A stretch of 23,874 nt of DNA, taken from Rhizaria sp. SCN 62-66. Taxonomy: Eukaryota. Below, piece by piece: positions 1 to 12,000 of the stretch (position 1 is the stretch's first letter; each line of letters begins with the position of its first letter). The position numbers and the translations under genes were made by a program. Location of the stretch: the NCBI GenBank assembly GCA_001724265.1, contig MEDY01000083.1, positions 62,001-85,874 on the forward strand. Direction: 5' to 3'. Under the pieces are notes generated by a model. The model was given only the letters and a program-made list of their open reading frames with translations. It ran no database searches and was not told the DNA's origin.

Positions 1-1
1 C

Positions 2-3000
2 GCCGGCGCCCGACGCCGTGGCTTGGAGGGCAGCCGGCGCGACGGCGGGCGGCGGCGGCGCGCCCGTCGCAACCGGCAGCGTGGCTAGCGTAAGCAGCCA
101 GGCGTGCAAGTCACTCGGTAGCGCCGTGGCCGTGGCACTGAGCTCGGTGACCAGCGGCAGGAGCATGCGGTAGAGGCCCAGCGTGACGGGAGAGATGGAC
201 ACGACGGAGCGAGGTTCACTGCCACCAACAGACGAGCTCAGGCTCGCACTCGCGCCACTGCTGCTCGTGCCGGCGGCGGCGCCCGCACTAGCGCTGCTGG
301 CGTTGGTGCTAGGGACAATAGGACGCTTGCCTGAACGGGAGAGGGGCAGCGCTGTCGCCTTGTCATTGTCCTCAACCGAAGCGACACTGCTAGCGTTGCT
401 GTTACCGCTGTTGATAACACCTTCAGTGACAAGGCCCCACAGCACAGCGGTCGACGCAACGACACCAAGCGTGACAAGAGCCTCTGATTCGGCCAAGAGC
501 TGTTGCGCCAGCGCTTGCGCAACGACACCGACACCCGAGCCGGAGCCCGCGCCATTGGTACTGCTACTGTAAGTGGCCGCGGCAATGAGTTGCGTAAGCT
601 GACCGGCGCCGACGCCGGAGAGCGCCAGCGAGGACGGGGTGGAGAAGCGGCTCGGCTTGTTGTGCTCGGTGACACGAAGGGAGAGTGAGTCGAGAGCGAC
701 TGGGGCCGCAACGCTAGCGGCGCTGTCGTCAGCAGTACTGTTGATTGCGTTGCGCAACGCAGGAGCGCTGGCCGCAGCAGAAGCTAGTGTTGAGGTGATA
801 GCGACGCTGAATGGGGACGGGAACAACAGCATGTTACTGCTAACAATAGGCTGTTGTTGCTGTTTCTGCTGCTGCTTCTGAGGGATGGCAAGAGTGAGCG
901 CAAGGGCACGCGCGCTCTCAAGGTCGTCAACACCGTTCGCACCAGCAGCACCGCCGCTGCCACTGCTATTGTTGCTGATGTTGCTGCTCGTCTTCCTGCC
1001 AGTGCCCTTGCGCTCCACACTCTTGCCCGACGCGCCCTTGCCAGCAGCGTTGTTGTTTTGCAAGGCAGCAGAGAAGTGGTTGAGCGAAAGCAAGTTGCTC
1101 GCGTCGGACGGCGAAAAGCTCCACGGCGCCAGCGCGCGCGTCTGGCAGTACAGTGCCGCAGACATCGAACGCGCGCGCGCAACGGCCTCGCGCGCGACCT
1201 GCACTGCGCGGCCCGGCTCGCCGGCGAGCAGGTGCGTCACGGCGGCGTTGGACAGCAGGCGTGAGAGCGAGTCGGCGCCGAAGAAGGCGTTAACGCTCGA
1301 GTGCTCACTCAGCGGGCTCTGGCTCAGCATCACGCCGCGGTCCGCGCTCGCGGTGGCGGCCACCGCTGCGGTGGCTGCGGTTGCGGACGAGGACGAAGCC
1401 GCCGGGGCACGGAGCCGTGCGCCCGAGAGAGACCTCGTCAGCTGCGACGGACTGGGCGTGCGCGCAAGGCCGCTGGGCAGGCGCGCCAAGTTCTGACTGC
1501 CATGCGCAGAGTGACCGTGCGCCGCAACGGTGACGTTGCCGGTCAGGGAGCCGCGCGGCACGCCGGTGGACAGCGTGCGCACGTGGCGCCCCGGCCCAGG
1601 ACTGCCGCCGGGGCTCAAAGCGACGACCGTCATAGTGGGAGCCGTCGCGCCCGTGGTCGGCGCAGAGCTGTTGGAGACGGAGGTCGAGTTGCCCATGCTG
1701 CCGGAGCCGGTGCCCATCATAAAGTTGGAGCCTGAGGCTGAGGCTGCAGAGGCAGCGGCAGCAGCGGCGGCGGCAGCAGCCGCTGCGAGCTTGTGACCAT
1801 GAGTAATAGTGGAAAAGATTGAAGTCAAACCGCCTTCACCCATGCGTGCAGCATTAGTGCCACTGCTACTCGCAGTGGTACTCGCATTATTAGCATTATT
1901 CGCATTGGTCGCGAAGTTCGTATTTGCACTGCCAGTCGTGTTGGTAACATTGGCCGCGTTCGTACTCAGCGACGACGTCGTGAAATAGTTCGGCAAAGCA
2001 CCAAGAGCAGTACTTGTGTGAACACCTTGCCACTTTACGCGCGCAAGCCATGCTGCTAACACAGCACGGTGACTATGAGCAGCAGACAGCGCTGCAGCAC
2101 TAATACCGCTATTACCAGATGGGTCCGTGTTTAAAGATGAGCCACCATCCCGAGGCGAAGTGAGGCCGCTCCGCGAATTGGGGAAAACATCAGGTAACAC
2201 AAACGCATCAGCGCCGTTATTTGCAGAATCACTGCTGGTGTTCATGTTCGCAGAGGTGGACGTGTTATCAGTCGATGCAAGAGCGATGTTGGGCAATGGC
2301 GAAGGTAGGCTATACACAGGCGACAGAAGATAGGCCGCGTAGGCATAGAACCGGGCGGCCATTGCAGCCAACAGCCTGCGCGAGAGCGGCTCTGCCAGGA
2401 GCGCCGCCTGCTGCTTGACCAAGTCGGCCGTGAGAGCCCACACGCGCGACATCTGCATGTGCCACAGCGCGAGCTCAAAGTCCAGCAGCAGCGAGACCTC
2501 AACGGCAGAAGCCAGAGCCACGGCGGCGAGCGAGCGGTCGCAGGTCCAGGGCGCGAGGATCGGCGAGAGCAACATCGGGCGGGGCGCGGCGTCTGAGTCG
2601 GCCGCGGCAGTCAGCGTGGCCACGGCAGACGCATTGGTGTTGGCGTTGCTGTTGACGTTGGTGCTACTGGTGAACGGAACTTGGAAAGGAGAGCGAGGCC
2701 ATTGTGTCTGCGCAACAGTCGCTCTTGAAATCCCATTGGGAATCGGTGGGTACATGTCATAGCCGCCGCTGCCCGCAACGTACGTCGGCGTCGCCACAAG
2801 CGAGACTTGCGCCGGAGCAGGAGTTGCAGCAGCAAGATTGGTGCCGGTCTTGTTGCTCATTGAGCTACGCGCACCGCCCATCGTTGAGTTGAAGCCACCA
2901 GCATTTGCGCTCGCGGCTGCAGCGAGGTTAAGACCAATGTAGGTTCCGCTGCCACTGCGCCGGTGCTTATTGCGCCGCCCACCAGCATCGCGCGCCGCGT

Positions 3001-6000
3001 CGACGCGCGCCTTGACGGTCTCCACAGTGGGCACAGCCTCGAGCAGCTGCGTCATGAGCTCACTCAGCGCGCGCGCGGCCTCGCCGAAGTTCCAGCTCTG
3101 CACCAGCGCACCGGCGCGCACGAGCTTGAGGTCGAAGTTGCTCTGGCCCGACTTGCCCTTGAGTCCGCGCTCGGCCGCCTCGAATGCGTAGTGCGGGAAC
3201 CCGTTCTGTAGCAGCTTAAACGCGAAGACGGTCGCGATCACGGGCACCTGCCACAGCGCGCGCTCGGCGTGCGCGTTGTTGCGCGCGCCCAGGAAGACCG
3301 TGAGCAGCGCCATGCCGCCCAGCGGGGGTGGTGACTGGCGCAGCGGGCCGCCGCCGCGCAACGCAACGGTGACCGTCTCGCGCAGCTTCAGCACTGTGCG
3401 CGTCGCAGAGCGGGCCTGGCGGCGCGCGGCCGCGGCGGCGGCTTCCTGGGTTGTCATCGCAGGCGCAGAAGCGGCCGCAGCAGCGGCAGCAACCGCAGCA
3501 GCAGTCACTGCGGAAGTCTTGCTACTACCGCTGCTTGCATGCCCCTGTCCCTGCGTTTGCAGTTGCTGAGACTGCGCGTTGTTGTTAGCGCTGGCGACGG
3601 CCGCGTTGACGATCTCGACCGCAGCGAGCGCCGCCGTCACAGCGGCCGCAGTGCCCGCAGCGGAGCCTGCAGCGGCTTCTTCTTCGGCCGCAAGCGAAGC
3701 AATGGCGACGCGCATCATCTTGCGCTCCAGCACAACGCGCGAGACCACCGTGGTGTCGAGGTTCGCGTTGGCGAGTTGCTCGTGCGCGCCGGGCAGGCCC
3801 AGCGTGACGCCGTAGAGCAGTGTGAGGTTCATCGCGGCCTCCTCGTCCTCCTCGCCGGCCCGGCCGCCCGCGCCGCTGTGCGACAGCGACGCGGCCTCGG
3901 ACTCGGCGGCGCGGCGGCGCTCGTGGCGCTCCACGCGCCGCTGCTGCCGCCGCTGCGAGCGCAAGTATTGGCGCCGCTGCCGCTCGGCGTCCTGCTCCTG
4001 TTCCAGCTGCCACGCCGCGCGCCGCACGGCGCGCTCCGCGCGGCGCTGGTTGCGCTCGGCCAGCGCCGTGGGCGACAACGGCGGACGGGCGGGCGAGTTC
4101 GCCGCAGCGCTGGCGTTGTTCGAGCGCGGTGAGGGCGGGGAGAGACTGTTGCGACGGCGCAAAGCCGCGTTGCTGGGAGTGATTCCGTCGCCAGTGCTTG
4201 CAGTGGCGTTGTTGGCCGGGCTGCGGGTGCTAGTAACAAGCCCATCGTCGTCTGAATCCGTGTCCATGAGCTCGAGCGGCATCGGCAGCAGGTCAGGCTT
4301 GAATTCGGCCAACAGCCGGGCTTGTGTGCCGTCACCGTCGCCGTCATCGCCTGCGATGCCAGCGCCGCCGTCGTCATCGTCGTCGCCGCCGTTGAAGTCG
4401 TCATTGTTGACGCCGACGGGCCGGAGCGCAACGACGGAGCCGCGCCTGCCGCTGCTCATCGCGTTGGCGACCACAGAGGCCAGGCTCCCGTGCGCTGCGG
4501 AAGCCACGGCCGCCGAGGTGGGGCTGGCGGAGCCGCGGTGGTGTCCGCTGCTGGAGCTGTGATGCATCGAGAGACTGCTGCGGCGCGCGCTGCCGAGGTT
4601 CGCCACCGCGGCAACCGCGGCTGCAGCGGCGGCGGCGTTGGGGCTCAGCGTCGTGCGGTGGGCGCTGGCGCTGTCGAGGTCGTTGAGGTTAATACTGCTG
4701 CGCTTGCCCGCGCTGCGCTGGCGTGCGTGTGTTGACTTGCGTTTGATATCCTCGTCATCATCATCGCCGTCGTCGCCGTTGTCGCTGGTGTTAAGGGCCC
4801 GGGGGGTGCGCTTGCTGTTGCTGCCGCGGCGACTCGTGCCGCGGTCTTGCTCGTTATCGCCGCTATTGCTCGCGATGTGTAGGTGGCTCGCCGAGGCCGA
4901 GGCAGACGCTGTGGCGGAGGACGAGCCGCTGACGCTGCTATCGCGCGCGCTGCGGCGGTGGCGGCGACGGTGGGGGTAGCCTTTATCGTAGCCAGCACCG
5001 TCACTATCACTATCGGTCTCCGTGTCAGTGTTTGTTTCGGTGTCGGTCTCAGTCTCAGTCTCGGTCTCCGTGTCGGTATAGTAGTCGTGGTGCTTATTGT
5101 CTTGCCAGCCACCTTCGCCTTCATTACCGTCTTGCTCATTGCCTTCGTCGTCGCCATCGTTGTCACCTTCGCCCATAGTGTCAGGCAAAGCGGCAGAGGT
5201 AAAGAATGACTCGTATTCAGCAAGCAAATCTTCCTCTTCTTGCACTTTATCATCGGCCTCAGCATCATCAGCATCCTCATCCTCATCCTCTTCTTCGTTT
5301 AGCTCCTGATTCTGCTGCTGCTGCTGCAAAAGCATCATGCGCTGCTGTTGCTGCGCGTCGGGCAGCGGAGTTGACGAGATCGACGCGAAGCTCACGCCGC
5401 TTGCGCCGTACTGCAGCTGCGTAGTGCTGGTGGAGCCGGAGCCCGAGGGGGGCGCGGGTGACGGGGCCATGCTGCGGCTGTGCGCTGGCGTGCTGCTGGC
5501 GGCGCTCGCGCCGCTGTGGTAGCGGCTGAGCCGCCTCGCGCCGAACTGTTGGCTACCGGAAACGGAGGTGTGTTCGAAGTTGTCGACACTTCCACGATCA
5601 ATAGATGGTCTCGCGGCAGGCTGCGCAATTCCAGCACCGTCGTTGACGTTATGATCGTTATTCTTGGCCTCCCATAGGACGGCGTCTTCCTCGTCTTCGT
5701 TGTATCCATGGAGATTGCTAACACTGTTGTTGTTCGTGTTGTTGTTGGTCATGCTAGGATAGTAGTCGTCGCTCTCGCCAGCCTGACCGAACATCCCCGC
5801 AGCGTTCATGTCCACCGCGACAGCCACGGTCTCGGGCTCGAACGCCGCGGCCAGCCGCTGCGCGCGCACACTGGCCGAGATGCCCAGCCCGCGCAGGTCG
5901 CTCTGCACGGCCGCGCGGCGCGCCGCGGGCGACATGTGCAGTACGCCGCCGCCAACGGCGCTGCTGCCGTAGCTCAGGCCGGGCGGACTGGCGGCGCGCT

Positions 6001-9000
6001 GCGCGAGCATCAGCGGCGAGGTCGTGCCGTTCGCGCTGCCGGTGGTGCTGAAGGTGCGGGAGCCGCCGTAGGGACTGGCTGAGCGCATACTCGGCGAGGG
6101 CCGCATACCACTGGTCACACCGGGCAATCCAAGCTGTTCGTCACCGTTGTTGTTCAAGTTAGCGCCAGTGAAGTTGTTCATGTCGTTGTTACGAGACGAA
6201 GACCTGGACTCGGCCCGCGATACGGCCCGGTCGAAGTTATTGAAGCCGCCTACGAAGCCCAAAGTAGGACTATTGTGAGCTGCAGGAGTGGCGCTGGAGA
6301 CGAGTGGCATCGCCAGCACGACGCCGTCGTTGCGGCGCGCCTTGGCGGCCTTGTACAGCGCAGCCCAGTCAATCTGCGGCATCGCGTCGAGCGTGCGCGC
6401 CACGGCGAGGCCGATGACGCCCGCGCGCTCGGCTGTGGAGCTGAGCACGCGCGCCCACGCCGCCTGCTGGCGCCCGCGGTAGCGCTTGTCGAGTGCGATG
6501 GCGTCGCGCTGCTGCAGCACGGCGACCGTGAGCCGCGACAGCATCCGCACCGTCGGGCGCGCGGCCGAGAGCGCAGCGCGGCGCAGCGTGGTGGTGCGCG
6601 AGGCCGCGTCGCGGATCGCGGTAAGCCAGAGCGAGAAGGCGCGGTAGTCGTTGTACGATAGAGAGGACTTGATGACCGTGAGCGCGAGGTGGCGGCGCGC
6701 GTGCCTGTCCGTGTCGTCGCTGCCAATATTTGCGCCGTCGCCGTCGACTGCGCAGACAGCGTTGGCGATGCTGTCACAAAAAAGAGGGTCGGTATTCCAC
6801 AGCAGGCGGACGTTGGCGAGCACGGAGCGCGACGGCGCTGCGGTCAGCACAGGCGCGCCGTGCGCGATCATCAGCGCCTCCATGCCGGCCACGTAGTACT
6901 CCTGCACCAGCAGTGGGCACGGCGGCTGCAGCAGCGGGTGCGCGGGTGCCGTGCCCGCGGACCACACCTCGGCCGTAGCCGGCGCGGCCGCCGTCCCCGC
7001 CGCGGACTGGCCGGGAGCAGAGCTGTGCATCAACGGCGAAGCGAGGGAGAACGGGGCCGGGGACGGGGCGTGCAGCATAGCCGCGGACAGCGCCGAGTAA
7101 AACGGCGACGCCGATGGAGACATCGAAGATGAGGAGTGCGACATATCGCCGCTCACCACAGACATATTGCCCCCAATCGCGCCGTTAACGGCGTTCGGGT
7201 TCGGGTGCAGCATTGGCGTCGAAGAAATAACAGCGTTACTCGAAGTGTTCGAGTTACTGGCAGCGTAAGGCGGGAATGCACCAGTCAGCGGCGCACGCGT
7301 TGCTGCGCTGGCAAAGGACACGATCGGTGTCGCTCCTACGCCCGCAATGACAACCGAGGGAGTCGCGGAAAAGGAAGCCCCATTCGAAGCAGCTGTATTC
7401 GTGATCGGGGTCACAATGTTGGTCGTGGCGGCGGCCGCGGCGGTTGTGCCAGGCGCGAAAGAAGGGAAGCTGGCAATGACAACGGCAGCGCGCGAGCGGC
7501 CGCCGTGGTGACCCATGCCTGAGGAACTCCGCGAAATCCCGTTGCTGCTCAGGCCGGAGCTGGGACTCGGGCTCGGGCTATGGCCGAGGGGAATCGGACT
7601 GTTGTTGCGGCGAGTAGCGACGACCGCGTTGCTGTCCACCGCCTGCTGTTGCTGCATCTGTAGCTGCGCCTGTTGCTGCACTTGCATGGATGTCAACCCG
7701 GTGCCTGCGCTGCTGGACGCGGGCTTGACGGAGAAGCCGTGGTTCGCGGCCACGGACTCGAACAGCGCGCCGACGCCGCTGCCGCCCGCGCCAGTGCTGC
7801 TGCTCTGATGCGATGACGAGCCGGCGACGGAACCGCTGTCGCTGCCGTTGCTGCAGACGCTGTTGGTGACCGAGTACGAGATCGTGGGCGCGGGGATGAA
7901 CGTGCCGTGAATGCCGCCCAGTAAGCCGGACGCCAGGTGCACCACACCGGGGGCGCCGCCAGCGCCAGCGCCAGGATGACCCGCAGCGTTCGCAGCAAAG
8001 TCTAGCGAGTTTTTGCGATTGTACAGCACCATGGCGCTGTTGGCGTCGGCGGGGTTGTGCGCGTTGGCGTGGGAAGACATCGGCAAGGACAACGACGTTC
8101 CAAGTGGCGGCGTGGGCGTCGGCAGGCGCAGCGGCGACGCGGGGTGAATGTTGTACATCTGACCGAGCGCGGGAGTGTTCAGGAAAGCGCCAGCACCGCC
8201 ATTAGCGCCCGCGGCTCTACCGCCGTTAGACTCCGTGGCCGACGCAGAATGATACTTCTTTAGAGAGCGCACCATTGCCAGTGACGAAGAAGGCCGCGAG
8301 CCCGTGTACTGTCCCTGCTGCGACAGCATCTGCATCTGCTGTTGCTGCATCAGCTGCAACTGCTGCTGCTGGAAAGTAGAGTTGTTGTAGTAGTTTGGAT
8401 TTGAGCTGAACGACAGCGCCGGCGTCGAGATCGGCGTGAGCGCAAAAAACTGGTCGTCGGCTTCTTCGCTGCAGAAGCTGCTGTTCGGTCCAGTTCCGAC
8501 GCCGTCAGTGCCAGCGTTGGCGCCGGAGGGGCCGGGGGCCGCGCGTGCCGTGCTGACCACAATGAGCGGCCGTGGCATCGGCGCGGCCGTCAACATCGGC
8601 GTATTGTGGAGAGACTTGTTGGCCGGGACAAGAGCGTTTCCCGCCACAACCGAGGTGGAAGCAGCGGCGGCAACGAACCAGACGTCGCCAGGCAGCGGCA
8701 TAGCGAGCGTCAACAGCGGATAAAGCCCCACTGCGGCCGTCAGCGCAGCTGCACCGGCCCAGCTGCCGACTGAGACCGCGCTGGCGCTGTTGCCATTGCC
8801 GTCAGCGGCCGTAGCGACGGCGGGTGACTGCGATAGAATGTGGATCAGCGCGCGGGCCTGCATCAAAGTCAAGTCATGCTCAGCAAGGACAGCGGTCATG
8901 TGCAAGGGCTGAAGAGCAGAGCTGTCGATTGAACTCTCGGCGGCGCTGTCATCAGTTGCAGAGACCTCGCTGATGGAGTTGATATTGACGTTGATAGGGC

Positions 9001-12000
9001 CGTTGTTGTTTGAAACGTTCAGGTCAAACTCATCAAACTCAGCAAATATGTCGATAGTGCCGCCGGCGCCCGCAGCGGCCACCGCCTCAGCAGCAGCTTC
9101 TGCGCGCGCCGCTGCATTCGCGGTCAACATGGGAGTGACGTCACCACTTGCTGCACCATTGTTGCTGTCGACAGCACTGCTGGGCATGTTGTACGCGCGC
9201 GCGCGTGCAGCGAGCCAGCGCTGCGCGCGCTCCCACCTGCGCTGGCCCTCGGCCTCGACGGCGGGCAGCACGGTAGCCGTGAGCGCGCGTTCGAGCAGAG
9301 CCGCGCGGGCCGTCGTCGCGGTGGCCAGCGTCGCCGCGGCGCCCGCCGAGCAATGCACGGCGGAGGACGCGGACACAGCGGGGGCCGAGGCAGGGACAGC
9401 AGGGGCAACCATGTCAGCAGTAGTCGTAGACTTCGTGGTCGTGCTTGCGGTGCTCTTCGTCGCAGCAGCAACGGCAACGTCAACAGAGCTCACGGGTTGC
9501 GAGGGCCACGTGCAGTCAATGTGCAGCGCAGAGCCGGTGCCACCGTTCGCAACAGCGCTGTTATTGGCGGGCGTGAAGAAGTGCTCTTGATCAGGCGACA
9601 GCTCAGTCACCGTGTACTTAAACTCAACAGCGAGGATCGCAGGGGCGCTAGACGAGTTGGCGTCCTGCCCAGCCACGGGCGAATAACTCCCATCGCTGAA
9701 TTTGTTGCCGTATGCAGACTTAGGCGCGACTGCAGTCAGCGTCGCGCTCACGGCATTGTACTCAGTCAGCGTCGGATGTGCCACCATCGACGGCGGCTGC
9801 GCGCCTCCGCTCACACCGGCGCCAGTGCCGGTGCCAGCACTGGCGCCGAGGCCGGGCAAGATCGACACCAGCTGCTCTACCGGCACAGACATGACGCGCC
9901 TCTGCACCGCGCTAGCGCCGGTACGGCTGCCGCCGGCGATCGCAGTGCTGACGCTGTTGCTGCCGAGGTTCGCGGTGAAGCGCGCGATGCGAGCGGCGGC
10001 GGCGGCGGGGTTAGCGGGCGCACAGGGAGGGGCCGGGGCGCGGCGGCGACCGGCCGCAAGCGCGAGCGCGGGCGCACGGGGCGCGCACGGCGGGGTCAGG
10101 GACGTGGCGTGAATCAACGCAGCGGTCACTGCGGCGTCCGTGAGAGGAACGAAGGTGCTCTTCACTGGGCTGCTGGCAACCACGGCCAGGTTCGTGCCCG
10201 TGGCGTTCATGTTCATGCTGTTGCGGAAGCCCGACGCGCTGGCGAGACTGGGCGCGCCAGCGCTCGACCGTGCAGAGCTGTTGCCGCCGTTTTCGCCGGC
10301 CGCACTCATGTCGGGGAAATGGGGGAACACTGCCAACAAAGCGGACATCGCAGTACGCTCGGTCGCCACGCGCACACCCCGAGTAACAGTCTGAGAGCTA
10401 GTGTTGCTGTGAGTTATCGGAGCAAAGCAGTAGCGTGTGCCGAGATCGCCGAGCCTTTTCTCCGCCTCAAACGCATTCGACAGCGACTGCAGCTGAGCCT
10501 GCGACTGCAACTGCGTCTGCGAGAGCGACGGCAAGAGTGACTGTGAGAGCGACGTCATGAGCCACGGCTCGCACAAACTCACGCCGCGGTGGCAGACTTC
10601 ACCCTCCAAAGGAGAGCTAGCTCTAACCGCGGCTGCGGCGTTGGTGCCGCTATCCGCCTTCACCGCGATCGTCGCAGTGGCCGAGGCCGTGGAGGTGGAC
10701 ATGGTTGACGTGAGGGCGGGACTGCCGGGCGCTGGCGACGCGCCGATGGGCACGATCGGCAGCTGCGGCGGCGCGAGCGGCGCCAGGACGGGGGAGCCGA
10801 GCGAATGGTGGCGCGAAAATTCGAACGGCGGGTTGACATCGTTCTGAGGCTGTTGTTGCGAGGTAGCAGTCGTGTAGTTGGCAGCGACTGTGTGCATTGC
10901 AAGGAGGTCGCCGAGACAGGTTTCGTTGACAGCAAGTGACGACAAATCATTGTTCTGACTCGTGCGTCCATTGATGCTGTTATTGTTACCGCGGAGAGAA
11001 GATGTACCGTGAACTGACGCGATGATCATATTGACTTCACTCGACATAAACATTGTGCTCAGAGAGTGCTCGCTGACGTTCACACCGTCATTGTCGCTGT
11101 TGTTATTGGCGGCAGTGAAGTGCGCGAGCAACGCATCAACAGTGTCAAAGTTAGTGGCGTTGACGCTGTTGCCAGTGGTATTACTGATGATGTTGCCGCT
11201 ACTGTCGTTGCTTGCGTTAGTGTCGTCCTCGCTCTGACTCAGAGTCCGCGCAAGGACGGGCCCCAGACTCCTCACGCGCGTCACAGTGGACAGCGGCCCC
11301 GGCGCAAGTCCATAACCGCCACTGATACTCGTGCTCGCACTCGCCAGCGCACTTGGCGCCGGCGTCGCAGTCACGAGCACGGTCACCGCGTCGACCGCGG
11401 CCCTGTCGGCCGCCGTGGCCGCGGCGAGCGCTAGCAGCGCCGCACCAAGCCCGGGCGCCCTGGCCGCGCGCATCAGCCCACGCACCGAGAGCGGCGCGTG
11501 CGTGAGCAACAGCACGGCCGGCAGCGCCTTGTGCAGGCACCGCAGCGGCGACACGGGCGCCGCCACGAGCGCGGGCACGACGGCCACGCCGGTCTGCGCA
11601 AGCAAAGCCCCGCGGTGGTGGCGCAGCTGGTGCTGCGGCGCCCCGAGTGGCCGTGAGCCCGTGCGCGAGCTGGCGCGCGTCTGCGGGGTCGACCGCGACA
11701 GCGACAGTGCACTGACAAAGCCCGACCCAGCGCCGAGACCGGTGTTGATGCCGCCGGCGTTGAAGGTGCCGGCAGAGGTGCCGGCGCGCGACTGCGAGCG
11801 CGATTGTGAACGCGACTGAGAGCGAGACTGCGACGGCGACTGCGACAGAGGTTGAACGGCGCCGAACGTCACATGAGTGCTCGCAATGGCGTTGTTGTTG
11901 TGTGCCGAGTTAGTGAGACTGCTGTGCAGGGCGCTAGGCGTCTGCAGCAGATTGAACACCGGGGAGACGCCGAGTCTGCGGGGCGGGCTGCCCAGCCCCG

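Noticed and set aside
9353-10540. 395-aa plus-strand ORF, and the many other short ORFs across 1-20900
   Set aside because: These are antisense or alternative-frame shadows of the long minus-strand frame, with no independent gene signals.
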